Virus record (IMG/VR): IMGVR_UViG_3300031414_000008
Location: 32,001-96,000 of that record
DNA: 64,000 nucleotides
DNA from: a virus
Reading direction: 5' to 3' (one strand)
The translations under genes and the position numbers were made by a program. The number at the start of each line of letters is the position of its first letter. The stretch's first letter is position 1. Below the pieces are notes generated by a model. It did no database searches. It was not told the origin of the DNA and saw only the letters and a program-made list of their open reading frames with translations. Of this stretch, positions 28,395 through 37,324 are shown in pieces.

Positions 28395-29477
28395 ATGAAG
28401 CAATATCTATCAACCCTCTTGAAGACTGATTCCAAAGGGATCACTCAGGAGTGGAAGGTCTGGTATCGTGGCAAAGTCGACGGTACTGCAGAGATCGGCA
28501 CTGAGTACGGTCGACAGGGCGGGAAAATGCAGGAACACTCGGTGATCATCCGTGAAGGGAAGAACATCGGGCGTAAGAACGAGACGACTCCTCTGACGCA
28601 AGCAGCAGCTGAGGCTCAGTCTCAGTGGAACGAGAAGGTCCGTAAGGGCTACTCAGCGGACGGCGTGCAAGACGCGACTCGCGGTGTGATGCTGGCGGTG
28701 GACTATCACGACCTGGCCAAACGCCGGATCGGGGTCAACCTGCCGGACGTCGTCATTGTGGATCCGAAGCTTGATGGGATCCGTGCGAAGTGGCTGGAGC
28801 GTGACTTCCTGTCCCGTGGGCACAAGGCCTTCCGAGCAATCCCTGAGCGTATTCACCATTATATGCGTGGACGAGGTCCGGTGGATGGCGAAATGTACAT
28901 CCATGGTGTGTCGCTGCGTACGCTGAACGGACTGGTGAACAAACCTCACGAAATCCTGACGCCGCGTCTGCAGTACCACCTCTTCGACTTACCGATTCCC
29001 CGTATCCCCGTGGAAGAACGTAAGGCGATGCTCGTGGAGATGTACGACAACGAGGAAGCCCGTGCGAACGGTATCTTCGTCGTCCCGCATTTCCGGATTG
29101 CGTCGGATCGTGTCCGTGAGTACATGGATCGGTTCATCGCTGGCGGCTACGAAGGCATCATGATTCGTCTTCTCGGTTCGCCGTACCTGTTCCAGAACAA
29201 GCGTTCCTACGACCTGATCAAGTGGAAAGATTTCCTTGAGATGGAGTTCCGGGTGAAGGACATTATCCCGGATCGTGAAGGGTATGCTCTGGCGGTCTGT
29301 GAGCACGAGGGTGTGGAGTTCGAGGTCACCTTGAAGGCAACGGACTGGATGAAGGATGACATCATGAAGCACCCGGAGAAACTGGTCGGCTTCCCACTCA
29401 CGACTCGCTTCCAGGGGTGGCTCGACTCGGGTAAACCACAGTTTGCGAGAGGTATCGTTGAGCGTATCTACGAATAA
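28395..29477 (+). CDS. lig: ATP-dependent DNA ligase
   Basis: PKLDGIR (motif I), DGEMY, FDL, EGIMIR, IKWK. Confidence 0.93.
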   Translation: MKQYLSTLLKTDSKGITQEWKVWYRGKVDGTAEIGTEYGRQGGKMQEHSVIIREGKNIGRKNETTPLTQAAAEAQSQWNEKVRKGYSADGVQDATRGVMLAVDYHDLAKRRIGVNLPDVVIVDPKLDGIRAKWLERDFLSRGHKAFRAIPERIHHYMRGRGPVDGEMYIHGVSLRTLNGLVNKPHEILTPRLQYHLFDLPIPRIPVEERKAMLVEMYDNEEARANGIFVVPHFRIASDRVREYMDRFIAGGYEGIMIRLLGSPYLFQNKRSYDLIKWKDFLEMEFRVKDIIPDREGYALAVCEHEGVEFEVTLKATDWMKDDIMKHPEKLVGFPLTTRFQGWLDSGKPQFARGIVERIYE

Positions 29478-29658
29478 GGTCGAACAGGCCGCTAAGCTCT
29501 GTGAGGAAGTCCTTGCAGAGCTGGACAAGACGACGGACGTCGCAGAGCGCTGTATTCTGCTGAACGTCCTTTCTGATCAACTAACGAAATGGAACCTCGA
29601 CATGAAGCTCGAGTTAATCCGGAGAAAGAGCCGTGAGTCTGTTAACACTAATCCGTGA
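29443..29658 (+). CDS. Hypothetical protein
   Basis: Helical ORF; start uncertain. Confidence 0.5.
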   Translation: MREVSLSVSTNKVEQAAKLCEEVLAELDKTTDVAERCILLNVLSDQLTKWNLDMKLELIRRKSRESVNTNP

Positions 29659-29896
29659 ACAATCGATCGCCGCTAACGTTGCCGTTGCCGGGGAAGCTTA
29701 TAAGTACGTCACTGAGCAAATGCTGCTGGATGCCAAGTCTGGTGCCCATAATGCAAAATACTCGGTTGAAGATTACCCGATGATCGAGCGTACTAACACC
29801 GTCTTGGCGCTGCAGATGCAGGGGTTCAACTGTGACTTCCAGGATGAGTCTCGTCGTATCATCTCCATCTACTGGAAGCCGCGTCACCCGCGTTAA
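29633..29896 (+). CDS. Small protein, L..(L/M)G(Y/F).V..I.W family
   Basis: LQMQGFNCDF..ISIYWKP. Confidence 0.65.
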   Translation: MSLLTLIREQSIAANVAVAGEAYKYVTEQMLLDAKSGAHNAKYSVEDYPMIERTNTVLALQMQGFNCDFQDESRRIISIYWKPRHPR

Positions 29897-29914
29897 ATAA
29901 CGGCTGATCCACGT

Positions 29915-29932
29915 GGTATAAGAGAAGTGTAA
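29915..29932 (+). promoter_or_regulatory. Phage promoter motif
   Basis: ggtataag agaagt gtaa. Confidence 0.7.
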
Positions 29933-29952
29933 ACCTAATAGGGGAAAATCTT

Positions 29953-30060
29953 ATGTCACGTGGAAAAGCAATTCTGTTCGCAATCTTCATCTCTACCGCA
30001 TTCATCGTCACTGGCACGATGGACTACAATTCGCAGATAGCAGTACTTTCGAACCGCTAG
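29953..30060 (+). CDS. 35-aa membrane peptide (not in ORF track)
   Basis: AGGGG SD, hydrophobic core, followed by hairpin and U-tract. Confidence 0.55.
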   Translation: MSRGKAILFAIFISTAFIVTGTMDYNSQIAVLSNR

Positions 30061-30110
30061 TCGGTTCACGGGGCCTCACTTCCTTGGACCCCGTTTTTTA
30101 GCCCGGTTCT

Positions 30111-30118
30111 GGTATAAG
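30111..30118 (+). promoter_or_regulatory. Phage promoter motif core
   Basis: tggtataag before AAGGAG SD. Confidence 0.65.
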
Positions 30119-30144
30119 AGAAGTATCAACCAAAGGAGAATTCA

Positions 30145-30420
30145 ATGACCGCCAATGAAGCCCGTGAAGCCAGTCTCGCCGTTGCCAAATCTCTCATGAC
30201 TATGATCTTCACCGACATCCAGAAAGCCTCGAGTGAAGGACGACTCTATATCGACTATGACATGCAGGATGATCTGCACGACCTGTATGATTACTTCGTC
30301 GTCGCAGAGCTTGAGAAGATGGGGTACAGCGTGAACACCACCTCGAGAACGTCTTCGAGTTCCGAGACGGGTGACCGGGTAATCCGTTATATGCGTATCT
30401 GCTGGTATCCAAAGCCGTAA
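30145..30420 (+). CDS. Small protein, L..(L/M)G(Y/F).V..I.W family
   Basis: ANEARE..IQKASSEG..ELEKMGYSV..ICWYPK. Confidence 0.75.
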   Translation: MTANEAREASLAVAKSLMTMIFTDIQKASSEGRLYIDYDMQDDLHDLYDYFVVAELEKMGYSVNTTSRTSSSSETGDRVIRYMRICWYPKP

Positions 30421-30465
30421 GCCTAAACTAAGAGAACACACCGTTCTCTTTTAGTGAGGAAAACA

Positions 30466-31095
30466 ATGAACTGGACAGACATCGATAACTTAGACCTAGA
30501 CCAAGCGGCGCTGGCCGTGTGGGAGAGAAACCATACCCGTACCCGCCTCGAGACCGTTCGCCGCATGCTCGCCGGCCAGGGTGTCGTGGAGGATCACGCT
30601 GGGTACAAACCGGACGGTGACTTCAAGCACCAGATGGTGAACCTCGGGCCGTACGCCGAGAGAGTAGTTGCAAGACTCCTGACAAAAGGTGATAATATCG
30701 CAGTCCGGGCTCCGGATAATAATAACTCACGCGATATCTACATCATCAGCAACGGCCAGGTCCAGCCTCACGGCGCCCAGGTCAAGTTAGGAGATCCTAA
30801 TGAACACATTTTCTACTCGCTCCGTAAGAGATTGGCTAGTGGCAATCGCGATACGATTATCGTCGACGATAGCCTCCTTGAAGACGGAAAGCTGGGTTCA
30901 AACTTCACTCCGTACAAAAGATCTGTGCTCCAATCCGACCTGGACCGAACCGGTGTCCGAGTTGTCGGGGTACCGGGCTTGGTCTCGCGAGCAAGGACTG
31001 AAAGACAGATTCAGGGCGGCGGGCTTTCCGGTCTCTTTGCTCGAGCGAAGAGAATTGCCCAGAACGCAATACATCATAAAGAAATTGAACTCTAA
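30466..31095 (+). CDS. Hypothetical protein
   Basis: GAGGA SD, 209 aa. Confidence 0.7.
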   Translation: MNWTDIDNLDLDQAALAVWERNHTRTRLETVRRMLAGQGVVEDHAGYKPDGDFKHQMVNLGPYAERVVARLLTKGDNIAVRAPDNNNSRDIYIISNGQVQPHGAQVKLGDPNEHIFYSLRKRLASGNRDTIIVDDSLLEDGKLGSNFTPYKRSVLQSDLDRTGVRVVGVPGLVSRARTERQIQGGGLSGLFARAKRIAQNAIHHKEIEL

Positions 31096-31098
31096 CGC

Positions 31099-31127
31099 TT
31101 GACACCCCTGCTCGATATCGTTATAGT
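31099..31127 (+). promoter_or_regulatory. Host sigma70 promoter
   Basis: TTGACA-17-TATAGT. Confidence 0.8.
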
Positions 31128-31159
31128 AGCAACATCTTCCACTACTTAGGTATCGAGCA

Positions 31160-31375
31160 ATGAAAAAGTCCTCAGGAATGCAGTACGAAGTTCGTCCAGT
31201 AATGCCGAAAGGCAAAGACGGTGTGGCCAAGAAAGGTCGTTACGGCAAGAAGCCGGAAAGCCAGATCTACCACGCTCACTCACCGGACGCTGCCCTGAAG
31301 CAGGCGGTGGTCAAGGGATTCATCCCGAGCAACACCGTAATGCAGTACTACGAGGCAGTACCGACTCGTAAGTAA
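31160..31375 (+). CDS. Small basic putative early protein
   Basis: Own sigma70 promoter and terminator. Confidence 0.75.
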   Translation: MKKSSGMQYEVRPVMPKGKDGVAKKGRYGKKPESQIYHAHSPDAALKQAVVKGFIPSNTVMQYYEAVPTRK

Positions 31376-31381
31376 TCCCAG

Positions 31382-31403
31382 AGCCCACTTCGGTGGGCTT
31401 TTT
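31382..31403 (+). terminator. Intrinsic terminator
   Basis: agcccac-ttcg-gtgggct-tttt. Confidence 0.85.
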
Positions 31404-31420
31404 CATACCTGTTTTTCACC

Positions 31421-31634
31421 CCTCCGTTACACCAAAAGTTACACACAAACCCTTACGCCATGCGGCTTTCAGAGCATCCAAACGTTGTAACCTTTCAAAC
31501 GTCACCCTAAGACATCTATAGGTAGAGTCCTACTATATATATTACGAATGTCTTTTTTTAAAAAATAAATAATATATGGACCCTAGGGAGCTATGGGGCT
31601 GTGTTGAGGTGAGTTTGTATGGTTACAACGTTTG
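31421..31634. repeat. Non-coding AT-rich element, copy 1 (candidate origin or cis-site)
   Basis: Collinear with 63123-63336; IR CAAACGTTGTAAC 31479-31491 / GTTACAACGTTTG 31622-31634. Confidence 0.9.
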
Positions 31635-31703
31635 CGGTGACCGTTCTCAGCGTCGTGGTGGGCTTTCGCTCGTACGCCAAGGTCCCGAATCGGGGTAAAT
31701 GCT

Positions 31704-31711
31704 GGTATAAC
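31704..31711 (+). promoter_or_regulatory. Phage promoter motif variant
   Basis: tggtataac upstream of 31762. Confidence 0.5.
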
Positions 31712-31761
31712 AATAGTAACGTACAGAGTCCCTTCTGGGACATTTTCATTTAGGTGATGAC

Positions 31762-32754
31762 ATGGATATACAAGAACTCCGCCACCGTGCGGCCCGCGGG
31801 GAGAATCTCACTTCCGGGGAATTGTTAGAGATTGCTGAACGTTGGGAAGACCTCGAGCGTCGTGAGAAGGGTCTTCTGGAACGGATCGAGAAACAGAACG
31901 CTAAGCTTGAAATCCTGAAGGGAATGACTCACCAGGCCTTCGAGGCCGCCTCTCAGTCTCGTACGATCGATCAGATGCGTGAGCAGAGCAAGCACGTGGC
32001 GGCCTCGGATTCACCCATCTTCAATTCCTTCGAAGTGGCTCAGGTTGTGTACGCCTTTGACATCGCAGAGGCTCGCTATGAGAACCTGCAGAAGCAACAC
32101 CAAAAGCTGGGTGAATGGTGTAACAAGGAGATGACGGTTGCAGAAGTGCTTGCGGATGTCGACTCCGGGAATGTCCACCCGTTCTCCTTCCAGGCCGTCG
32201 CCGCTCTGGTCCAATCCATGCGTGACAAGACTATGCTGGGTCGCCCGATGCGTAACAACGTCCGGGAAGTCTTCCAGCTCCTGAAGGCCCAACCGAATGC
32301 TCTGTTCTACGGCCCCGAGCTGAAGATGGTCCGTGAATGGGGCACTGATCACGACCGTAACCTGAGCATCGTTAAGTCCCGTCTGGGCCGTGCGTTCACC
32401 GATCCGGTGGGCTACATGGACACCCGCTTCGACTTGATGCTATCGAAAGCCACTAAGCGTCAGCTGCTCGACGGCCGTGTACTGACTGCCCAGGCTTACC
32501 AGCATGCAGTCTTCGCCCGTCCGGACTTCCTGCAGATCAAACCGGACTGGAAGTTGCATGATGGTAAGACCCAGTTCCACGCCGGTGAGCACTTCCATAC
32601 CCGGGCGTGTGATGGTATGTGGTGGTGTGGCACCCACTTCAACGATCTCACCGGTTATCAGTTAATGAATATCCTGGAGACGGCACTCGGTGAGTTGCGT
32701 CTCCTCTACATCCACTTCCCTAATGGAGTAACCAATGAAGAACCGGCCAAATAA
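31762..32754 (+). CDS. Hypothetical protein, coiled-coil N-terminus
   Basis: AGGTG SD, 330 aa. Confidence 0.75.
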   Translation: MDIQELRHRAARGENLTSGELLEIAERWEDLERREKGLLERIEKQNAKLEILKGMTHQAFEAASQSRTIDQMREQSKHVAASDSPIFNSFEVAQVVYAFDIAEARYENLQKQHQKLGEWCNKEMTVAEVLADVDSGNVHPFSFQAVAALVQSMRDKTMLGRPMRNNVREVFQLLKAQPNALFYGPELKMVREWGTDHDRNLSIVKSRLGRAFTDPVGYMDTRFDLMLSKATKRQLLDGRVLTAQAYQHAVFARPDFLQIKPDWKLHDGKTQFHAGEHFHTRACDGMWWCGTHFNDLTGYQLMNILETALGELRLLYIHFPNGVTNEEPAK

Positions 32755-33217
32755 AACCCAGCAACGCTTAGAAACCACGATCAATGAGAAGCTGCGTAAG
32801 GGGTGGAACTGCTTTACCCGTGAGGAAATGGAAGCGGTAATCGCTCTTCTGCACCAATCCCGCCGGGCGAAGACCGCTCTGTACCAGCGTATCCACACCT
32901 CTCACGGTGACGCCGTAGGTTGGACCCTGGATGGTGACATCGGGCTGCACGAACGTCGCCCGGCGCCGGAGGGTGCGATCAACCTGTTCCACAAACCGCC
33001 GCGTCTCGACTTCCCGCGTGGCTGGCGTGTACCGGTGGGCGTGAAGGTCCGCGGCTGGAAGGTGACCGAGGATGGTCGTCTCGTTCAGCACCGTAACCGC
33101 ACGCCGCAGTCTCCGAATGACGTTATGCGTCACCTGCACCAGACGCTGAACGATCTCTCCTACGGGTATAAGGTCTATGAGGCTAACCAATGCTCACCAT
33201 CCGAGGAATCAGAGTAA
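32735..33217 (+). CDS. Hypothetical protein
   Basis: GGAG SD, overlap-coupled. Confidence 0.7.
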   Translation: MKNRPNKTQQRLETTINEKLRKGWNCFTREEMEAVIALLHQSRRAKTALYQRIHTSHGDAVGWTLDGDIGLHERRPAPEGAINLFHKPPRLDFPRGWRVPVGVKVRGWKVTEDGRLVQHRNRTPQSPNDVMRHLHQTLNDLSYGYKVYEANQCSPSEESE

Positions 33218-33630
33218 CGCAGCAGGGCGACTGGTTCAGGCTGTATGATGTGTTCCGGGCGTCAGGGCGTCCGGATTACAACACGCCGTCCAGGTGGTTG
33301 AAGTCACGCTCTTTCCACTTCCTGAACAAGCCGAAGAAGGTGAAAGTGGACACGGATTTTGATATCATATGGGTCCGGTTGGAGCTCATCCCAGCCTACG
33401 CCAAATGGATCTCGATCCACTTTCAACGAGAAGTCAAAGAGGCAATTAATGGCTATAAACTCGCCAAAGCTACGGGGTTCTACCCGGACCACCGAAGCAA
33501 AACCCAAGCGTACCAAGATCCAGGACATGGACTTGGATATGCTGTACGATCAACCGAAGATCACGCCTACCGTCAAAAAGGCTATCTTGTCTCAGGAAGA
33601 CTTCAGCAAGATTCAGCCGCGGTACTGTGA
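33190..33630 (+). CDS. KilA-N domain protein
   Basis: I.GIRVTQQGDWFRLYDVFRASG..PSRWL..WV..ELIPAYAKWIS..F..EV. Confidence 0.75.
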   Translation: MLTIRGIRVTQQGDWFRLYDVFRASGRPDYNTPSRWLKSRSFHFLNKPKKVKVDTDFDIIWVRLELIPAYAKWISIHFQREVKEAINGYKLAKATGFYPDHRSKTQAYQDPGHGLGYAVRSTEDHAYRQKGYLVSGRLQQDSAAVL

Positions 33631-34798
33631 GAAAGTCTGTGGGATGCCGTGTGGCCTGAAGAAGCCGTCGATGGCCGACATCAACGGCGATCACGTCGAC
33701 GTCATTATCATCCAGGATCACCGTGCCGGTGCTGACGGGTGGAAGACGGCGGCCCAGGTTAACCAGCTGCACTTGACCCAAATCCGCTCGCTCGCTCGCT
33801 TGGCCTTCGGCCGGGATCTTACCTTTAAGGTGCTCTCCCTGACCAAGTGCTGGGGTGACACGCAGAAGAAGATCACACAGACGCAGATGCTGGGGTGCAC
33901 GCCGTATCTCTGGGAAGAGATTCGCCGGACTAAGCCCAGGGCGATCGTGTCGATGTCGACGGAGGTCACTAAGTCGCTCGGTCTGACGGCGTCGAACTAC
34001 AACAACCGCGGCGAGTTCTACATGCTGAACGCCGATGGCCTGCCGGAAATACCGGTGGTCCTGACGCTGCACGTGCGTGTCCTGAACATGCTCCGCCAGA
34101 ACGCCTCCGGTAAGATGTACGGTGCCGACTTCACGGGTGTCATCCTGAACGACCTGACTAAGATCCGCTGGATCCTCGAAGGGAAGATCCAGGTAGGTGG
34201 GCTGCGGGAGAACGTGGAGAGGATCATCGCTGACCAAGTCTTCGTGTGCTCGAAGCTTGAGCACGTGAAGGATATTGTCGACGTTCTGATGAAGCTGCCG
34301 CCGAACCAAGTCATCTCGTGGGACTTGGAGACGACCGGTCTGGACCCGTGGGCGCCGGATGCCCGCATCCTGACCTGCCAATTCGGGTACCGTCGTCCGG
34401 ACGGGAAGGTACAAGCGTTCGTTGTCCCGCTGTGGCACAAAGATCAGGTATTCTACGATCCGAAAGAGGCTTGGCTTCTCGTGCGGGCCGTGTTACTCTC
34501 ACAGCGTGCTAAAGTCGGACACAACGTGAAGTTTGACGTTCTGTACTGTACTGTCACTACCGGTGATCGTCCTGGCGGTCGTATCTTCGACACCATGCTG
34601 ATGATTCACTCACTGAACTCTGGAATTCAGGGGAACTACGGTCTGAAAGCCGCGATGTGGGACCACGTCCCAGGTCTCGGTCTGGGCGGCTATGAAGGGC
34701 TCCTCGATGAAACGCTCGACGCCGAAGAGATGAAACGTCTCGTGAAGCTCGAGAAAGGTGATAAAGAAGAGGAAGAAGATGAAGAAACTTCAGATTAG
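33449..34798 (+). CDS. polA: DNA polymerase A, N-terminal half: UDG family-4-like domain plus ExoI/ExoII
   Basis: CEKVC..TKC..GCTPYLWEEIRRTKPRAIV (UDG4-like); WDLETTG, GHNVKFD, FDTML. Confidence 0.85.
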   Translation: MAINSPKLRGSTRTTEAKPKRTKIQDMDLDMLYDQPKITPTVKKAILSQEDFSKIQPRYCEKVCGMPCGLKKPSMADINGDHVDVIIIQDHRAGADGWKTAAQVNQLHLTQIRSLARLAFGRDLTFKVLSLTKCWGDTQKKITQTQMLGCTPYLWEEIRRTKPRAIVSMSTEVTKSLGLTASNYNNRGEFYMLNADGLPEIPVVLTLHVRVLNMLRQNASGKMYGADFTGVILNDLTKIRWILEGKIQVGGLRENVERIIADQVFVCSKLEHVKDIVDVLMKLPPNQVISWDLETTGLDPWAPDARILTCQFGYRRPDGKVQAFVVPLWHKDQVFYDPKEAWLLVRAVLLSQRAKVGHNVKFDVLYCTVTTGDRPGGRIFDTMLMIHSLNSGIQGNYGLKAAMWDHVPGLGLGGYEGLLDETLDAEEMKRLVKLEKGDKEEEEDEETSD

Positions 34799-35588
34799 TG
34801 GCAAGGAGTTCATCCGCACGGATGGGCTGTACTACAACCTGACGGACCTGTTCCGTCTGACCACTTTGGGCGGGATCCGCCTGGAGCCGTGGGGATGGGC
34901 TCAGTCTGAGAATCGTACACGCGACATTTCTCGCCGTGGGTGGTTCTTCAAGAAGTCCTGGGCGAAGGCGGCGGTGCTGATCGAGTACGCACACTACCTG
35001 TCCCCGCACCTGTACCGTGACGTGCTGCGTGCCGTGAACATGGACGACACGGATAAGCTGATCGCTGTGTTCGGGGAGTTAAAGGCTGCTCGCCTGGACC
35101 TGCGTGTGCAGGAAGTCATCGACAAGCGTAAGAAGGTGAAAGAAGTATCCTCTACTCTGGCCACCAAGGTAGACCGTCGTGTCGAGCCTCTGCCGGATAC
35201 GAGTAAGCTTCCTCGCTTCAACGCAGACGACCTGCCGAAAGCCCGCCCTCAGCCGGCGAGCCGTCCGGAAGTGATGCTGCGTGACAGAAAGTCAGGCCGC
35301 CTGTCCACACCTTCCCGTTCGATGTCACACTCCCGCTCCATGGGTTCGTCCGTGACACACCACCGCTCTGAGCCAGACTACCTGACCCAGGCTATGGTAA
35401 CGCAATCGCTGATGAACAACTGGGATGACTCTTCTCATCGCAGTAGTCACCACTCTCGTAATGACGACGTGTGCTCCACTCCGAGCTATTCGTCCCATTC
35501 AAGCCACGATTCTCACCACTCCAGCTCTTCCTGGTCCGGGGATTCCGGTGGCAGCTACGACAGTGGCGGTGGCGGATGCGGCGACTGA
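34779..35588 (+). CDS. KilA-N-like protein with Ser/His/Gly low-complexity tail
   Basis: IRTDGLYYNLTDLFR..LIEYAHYLSP..Y; tail SSHSSHDSHHSSSSWSGDSGGSYDSGGGGCGD. Confidence 0.7.
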   Translation: MKKLQISGKEFIRTDGLYYNLTDLFRLTTLGGIRLEPWGWAQSENRTRDISRRGWFFKKSWAKAAVLIEYAHYLSPHLYRDVLRAVNMDDTDKLIAVFGELKAARLDLRVQEVIDKRKKVKEVSSTLATKVDRRVEPLPDTSKLPRFNADDLPKARPQPASRPEVMLRDRKSGRLSTPSRSMSHSRSMGSSVTHHRSEPDYLTQAMVTQSLMNNWDDSSHRSSHHSRNDDVCSTPSYSSHSSHDSHHSSSSWSGDSGGSYDSGGGGCGD

Positions 35589-35911
35589 TCAGACTGTACG
35601 AACAGTACATCGATTGGTATCACCGTAAGTTCCCCCTTCCGGTGGAGGCCGAGTGCCTCCGCTGGAACTTCATCGTGAAGGAGACTGTTCACCACATCTT
35701 CGTGTCGATCAACGGCACTAAGCTGTTGGTGATGGTCTCTCTCGACGTGGCAGGTCACCCGGTGACCGTCTGCCATGCTCGAAGGATGGCGGGGGCGCTT
35801 CGAATCGATGGCTTCTATCACGGTGGGCGGCTCTACCCCGCTCGTTTCTTCAATCTCTACCTCAAGGCAGGATTAAATGCCGTTCAGTCAGAACCTGGCA
35901 GATCTCTATAA
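35576..35911 (+). CDS. Hypothetical protein
   Basis: Overlap-coupled ORF MRRLIRL. Confidence 0.55.
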   Translation: MRRLIRLYEQYIDWYHRKFPLPVEAECLRWNFIVKETVHHIFVSINGTKLLVMVSLDVAGHPVTVCHARRMAGALRIDGFYHGGRLYPARFFNLYLKAGLNAVQSEPGRSL

Positions 35912-36212
35912 GAAGATCGACCAGTTGTCCTTCAGCGACTTCAAAGAGTTCACCTCTGAGGAAATGCATCGCTTTCGCGAGACTCTCGCCTTCGCAGACC
36001 CGGATGATTATCCGGAGGATGAGTTCGATCTCGTCCGTGCATACAATTGGCATAAGCTTCACCAGTTAGATCAGCAGCGCTTCGTCCTTCGACATAAGTT
36101 GACGGATCAGTACCTGCGGATTACCATTAATCGTACTATGGACGGCGAGATTCAAAAGAACGACGTCCGTCAGGTACAGAAACGTTACGAAATACAAGCT
36201 GTCTACGACTAG
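35877..36212 (+). CDS. Hypothetical protein
   Basis: Acidic 111-aa ORF. Confidence 0.7.
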   Translation: MPFSQNLADLYKKIDQLSFSDFKEFTSEEMHRFRETLAFADPDDYPEDEFDLVRAYNWHKLHQLDQQRFVLRHKLTDQYLRITINRTMDGEIQKNDVRQVQKRYEIQAVYD

Positions 36213-36221
36213 GAGAAGACG

Positions 36222-36587
36222 ATGCACGCGTTATTTGAAATGGTAAATAAAGACCCAGAGACCTGGACCCCGATTGAGAAACTCGGCCCGGTCATGCAGT
36301 TGATCGGCGAACCCCAGGTGGGAGACTTTATGGCAGAGCAGGACGGTAGAACGACCTTCCTCTGCACAGAGGTAACGCGTGTACGTGTCTCCCGGGCGGA
36401 TACGGACGGTATTCACTTCGAAGCCGGCCGCGGCATCCCGAATTGGTTTCAGCACGCCCAGAGTGCCTTTCAGGCTACGCCGAACGGTGTGCTCTTCGGC
36501 GGTGTGAAGCTCGACGCGGGGGATTACCTGGTCGTGGACGGCATGCAGATCCGAGTGGAGAAAGCCTGTGAAGCTGCTGCGAGTTAA
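36222..36587 (+). CDS. Hypothetical protein
   Basis: AGGAG SD. Confidence 0.7.
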   Translation: MHALFEMVNKDPETWTPIEKLGPVMQLIGEPQVGDFMAEQDGRTTFLCTEVTRVRVSRADTDGIHFEAGRGIPNWFQHAQSAFQATPNGVLFGGVKLDAGDYLVVDGMQIRVEKACEAAAS

Positions 36588-36783
36588 AGCTGTTCTCATC
36601 CCCGAGAACGACTACGAGGAGGTGGCGTTCCTGCCACCTCGAGCTAAACCCGTCACTGGCCCGCTGAAGGTCGGTGACTTCGTGGAGATGTCCCCGCATG
36701 GATACATCCGAGAGAAGTACCGCCTCCCAGTTGATGATCATGGGGTTCGACGCACTGGATTACGTCCGGACCTGTTCAGCTGA
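36568..36783 (+). CDS. Hypothetical protein
   Basis: GGAG SD, GTG start. Confidence 0.55.
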   Translation: MKLLRVKAVLIPENDYEEVAFLPPRAKPVTGPLKVGDFVEMSPHGYIREKYRLPVDDHGVRRTGLRPDLFS

Positions 36784-37324
36784 CCCCGGCCGCCTAGCGG
36801 CCATTTTCAAAAGCGATTCCTCCTTTAACGACGAAGACAACTCGATTACCATCCCGCCGATCCATGAGCTCTTCGTTGGAGAGAATCATGATGAGAACGC
36901 CGATGAGTTTGTCGAGCGGCTTCGTCGCTTAGGTTTCAAGGTGTTCTGCTCCTTCGACTCGACCCACATTCAGTGGCGTTCGACCACGACCTTTCCGAAT
37001 GCCCGCCAAGCGGCGGACCTCACGGCTGATGCCCTCCAGCCTTTAGTCGACAAATGCATCCGGGAAACGAAAGGCGAGCTCGAGGTGGCCATTGAGATGC
37101 ACCGTTTCGAGACTGGCATCCGGAAAATCATGGAGTATGAGGCCGGTGTCCAGACCGAAGTCATCATTTTCCTGAAAAATTCCGGGTATGAAGTGAAGAA
37201 GGAGTATACCGCTTACGGTCTGGACGGAGACTATCTGCACTCCGGCTACACCGTCTCATGGTATCCCCGTAAAGTCGTACGCGATATTGAAGTAATCCCA
37301 TGGTGGAAATTTTGGAGAAAGTAA
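36734..37324 (+). CDS. Two-domain member of L..(L/M)G(Y/F).V..I.W family
   Basis: LRRLGFKV..IQW and LKNSGYEV..VSWYPRK. Confidence 0.7.
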   Translation: MIMGFDALDYVRTCSADPGRLAAIFKSDSSFNDEDNSITIPPIHELFVGENHDENADEFVERLRRLGFKVFCSFDSTHIQWRSTTTFPNARQAADLTADALQPLVDKCIRETKGELEVAIEMHRFETGIRKIMEYEAGVQTEVIIFLKNSGYEVKKEYTAYGLDGDYLHSGYTVSWYPRKVVRDIEVIPWWKFWRK

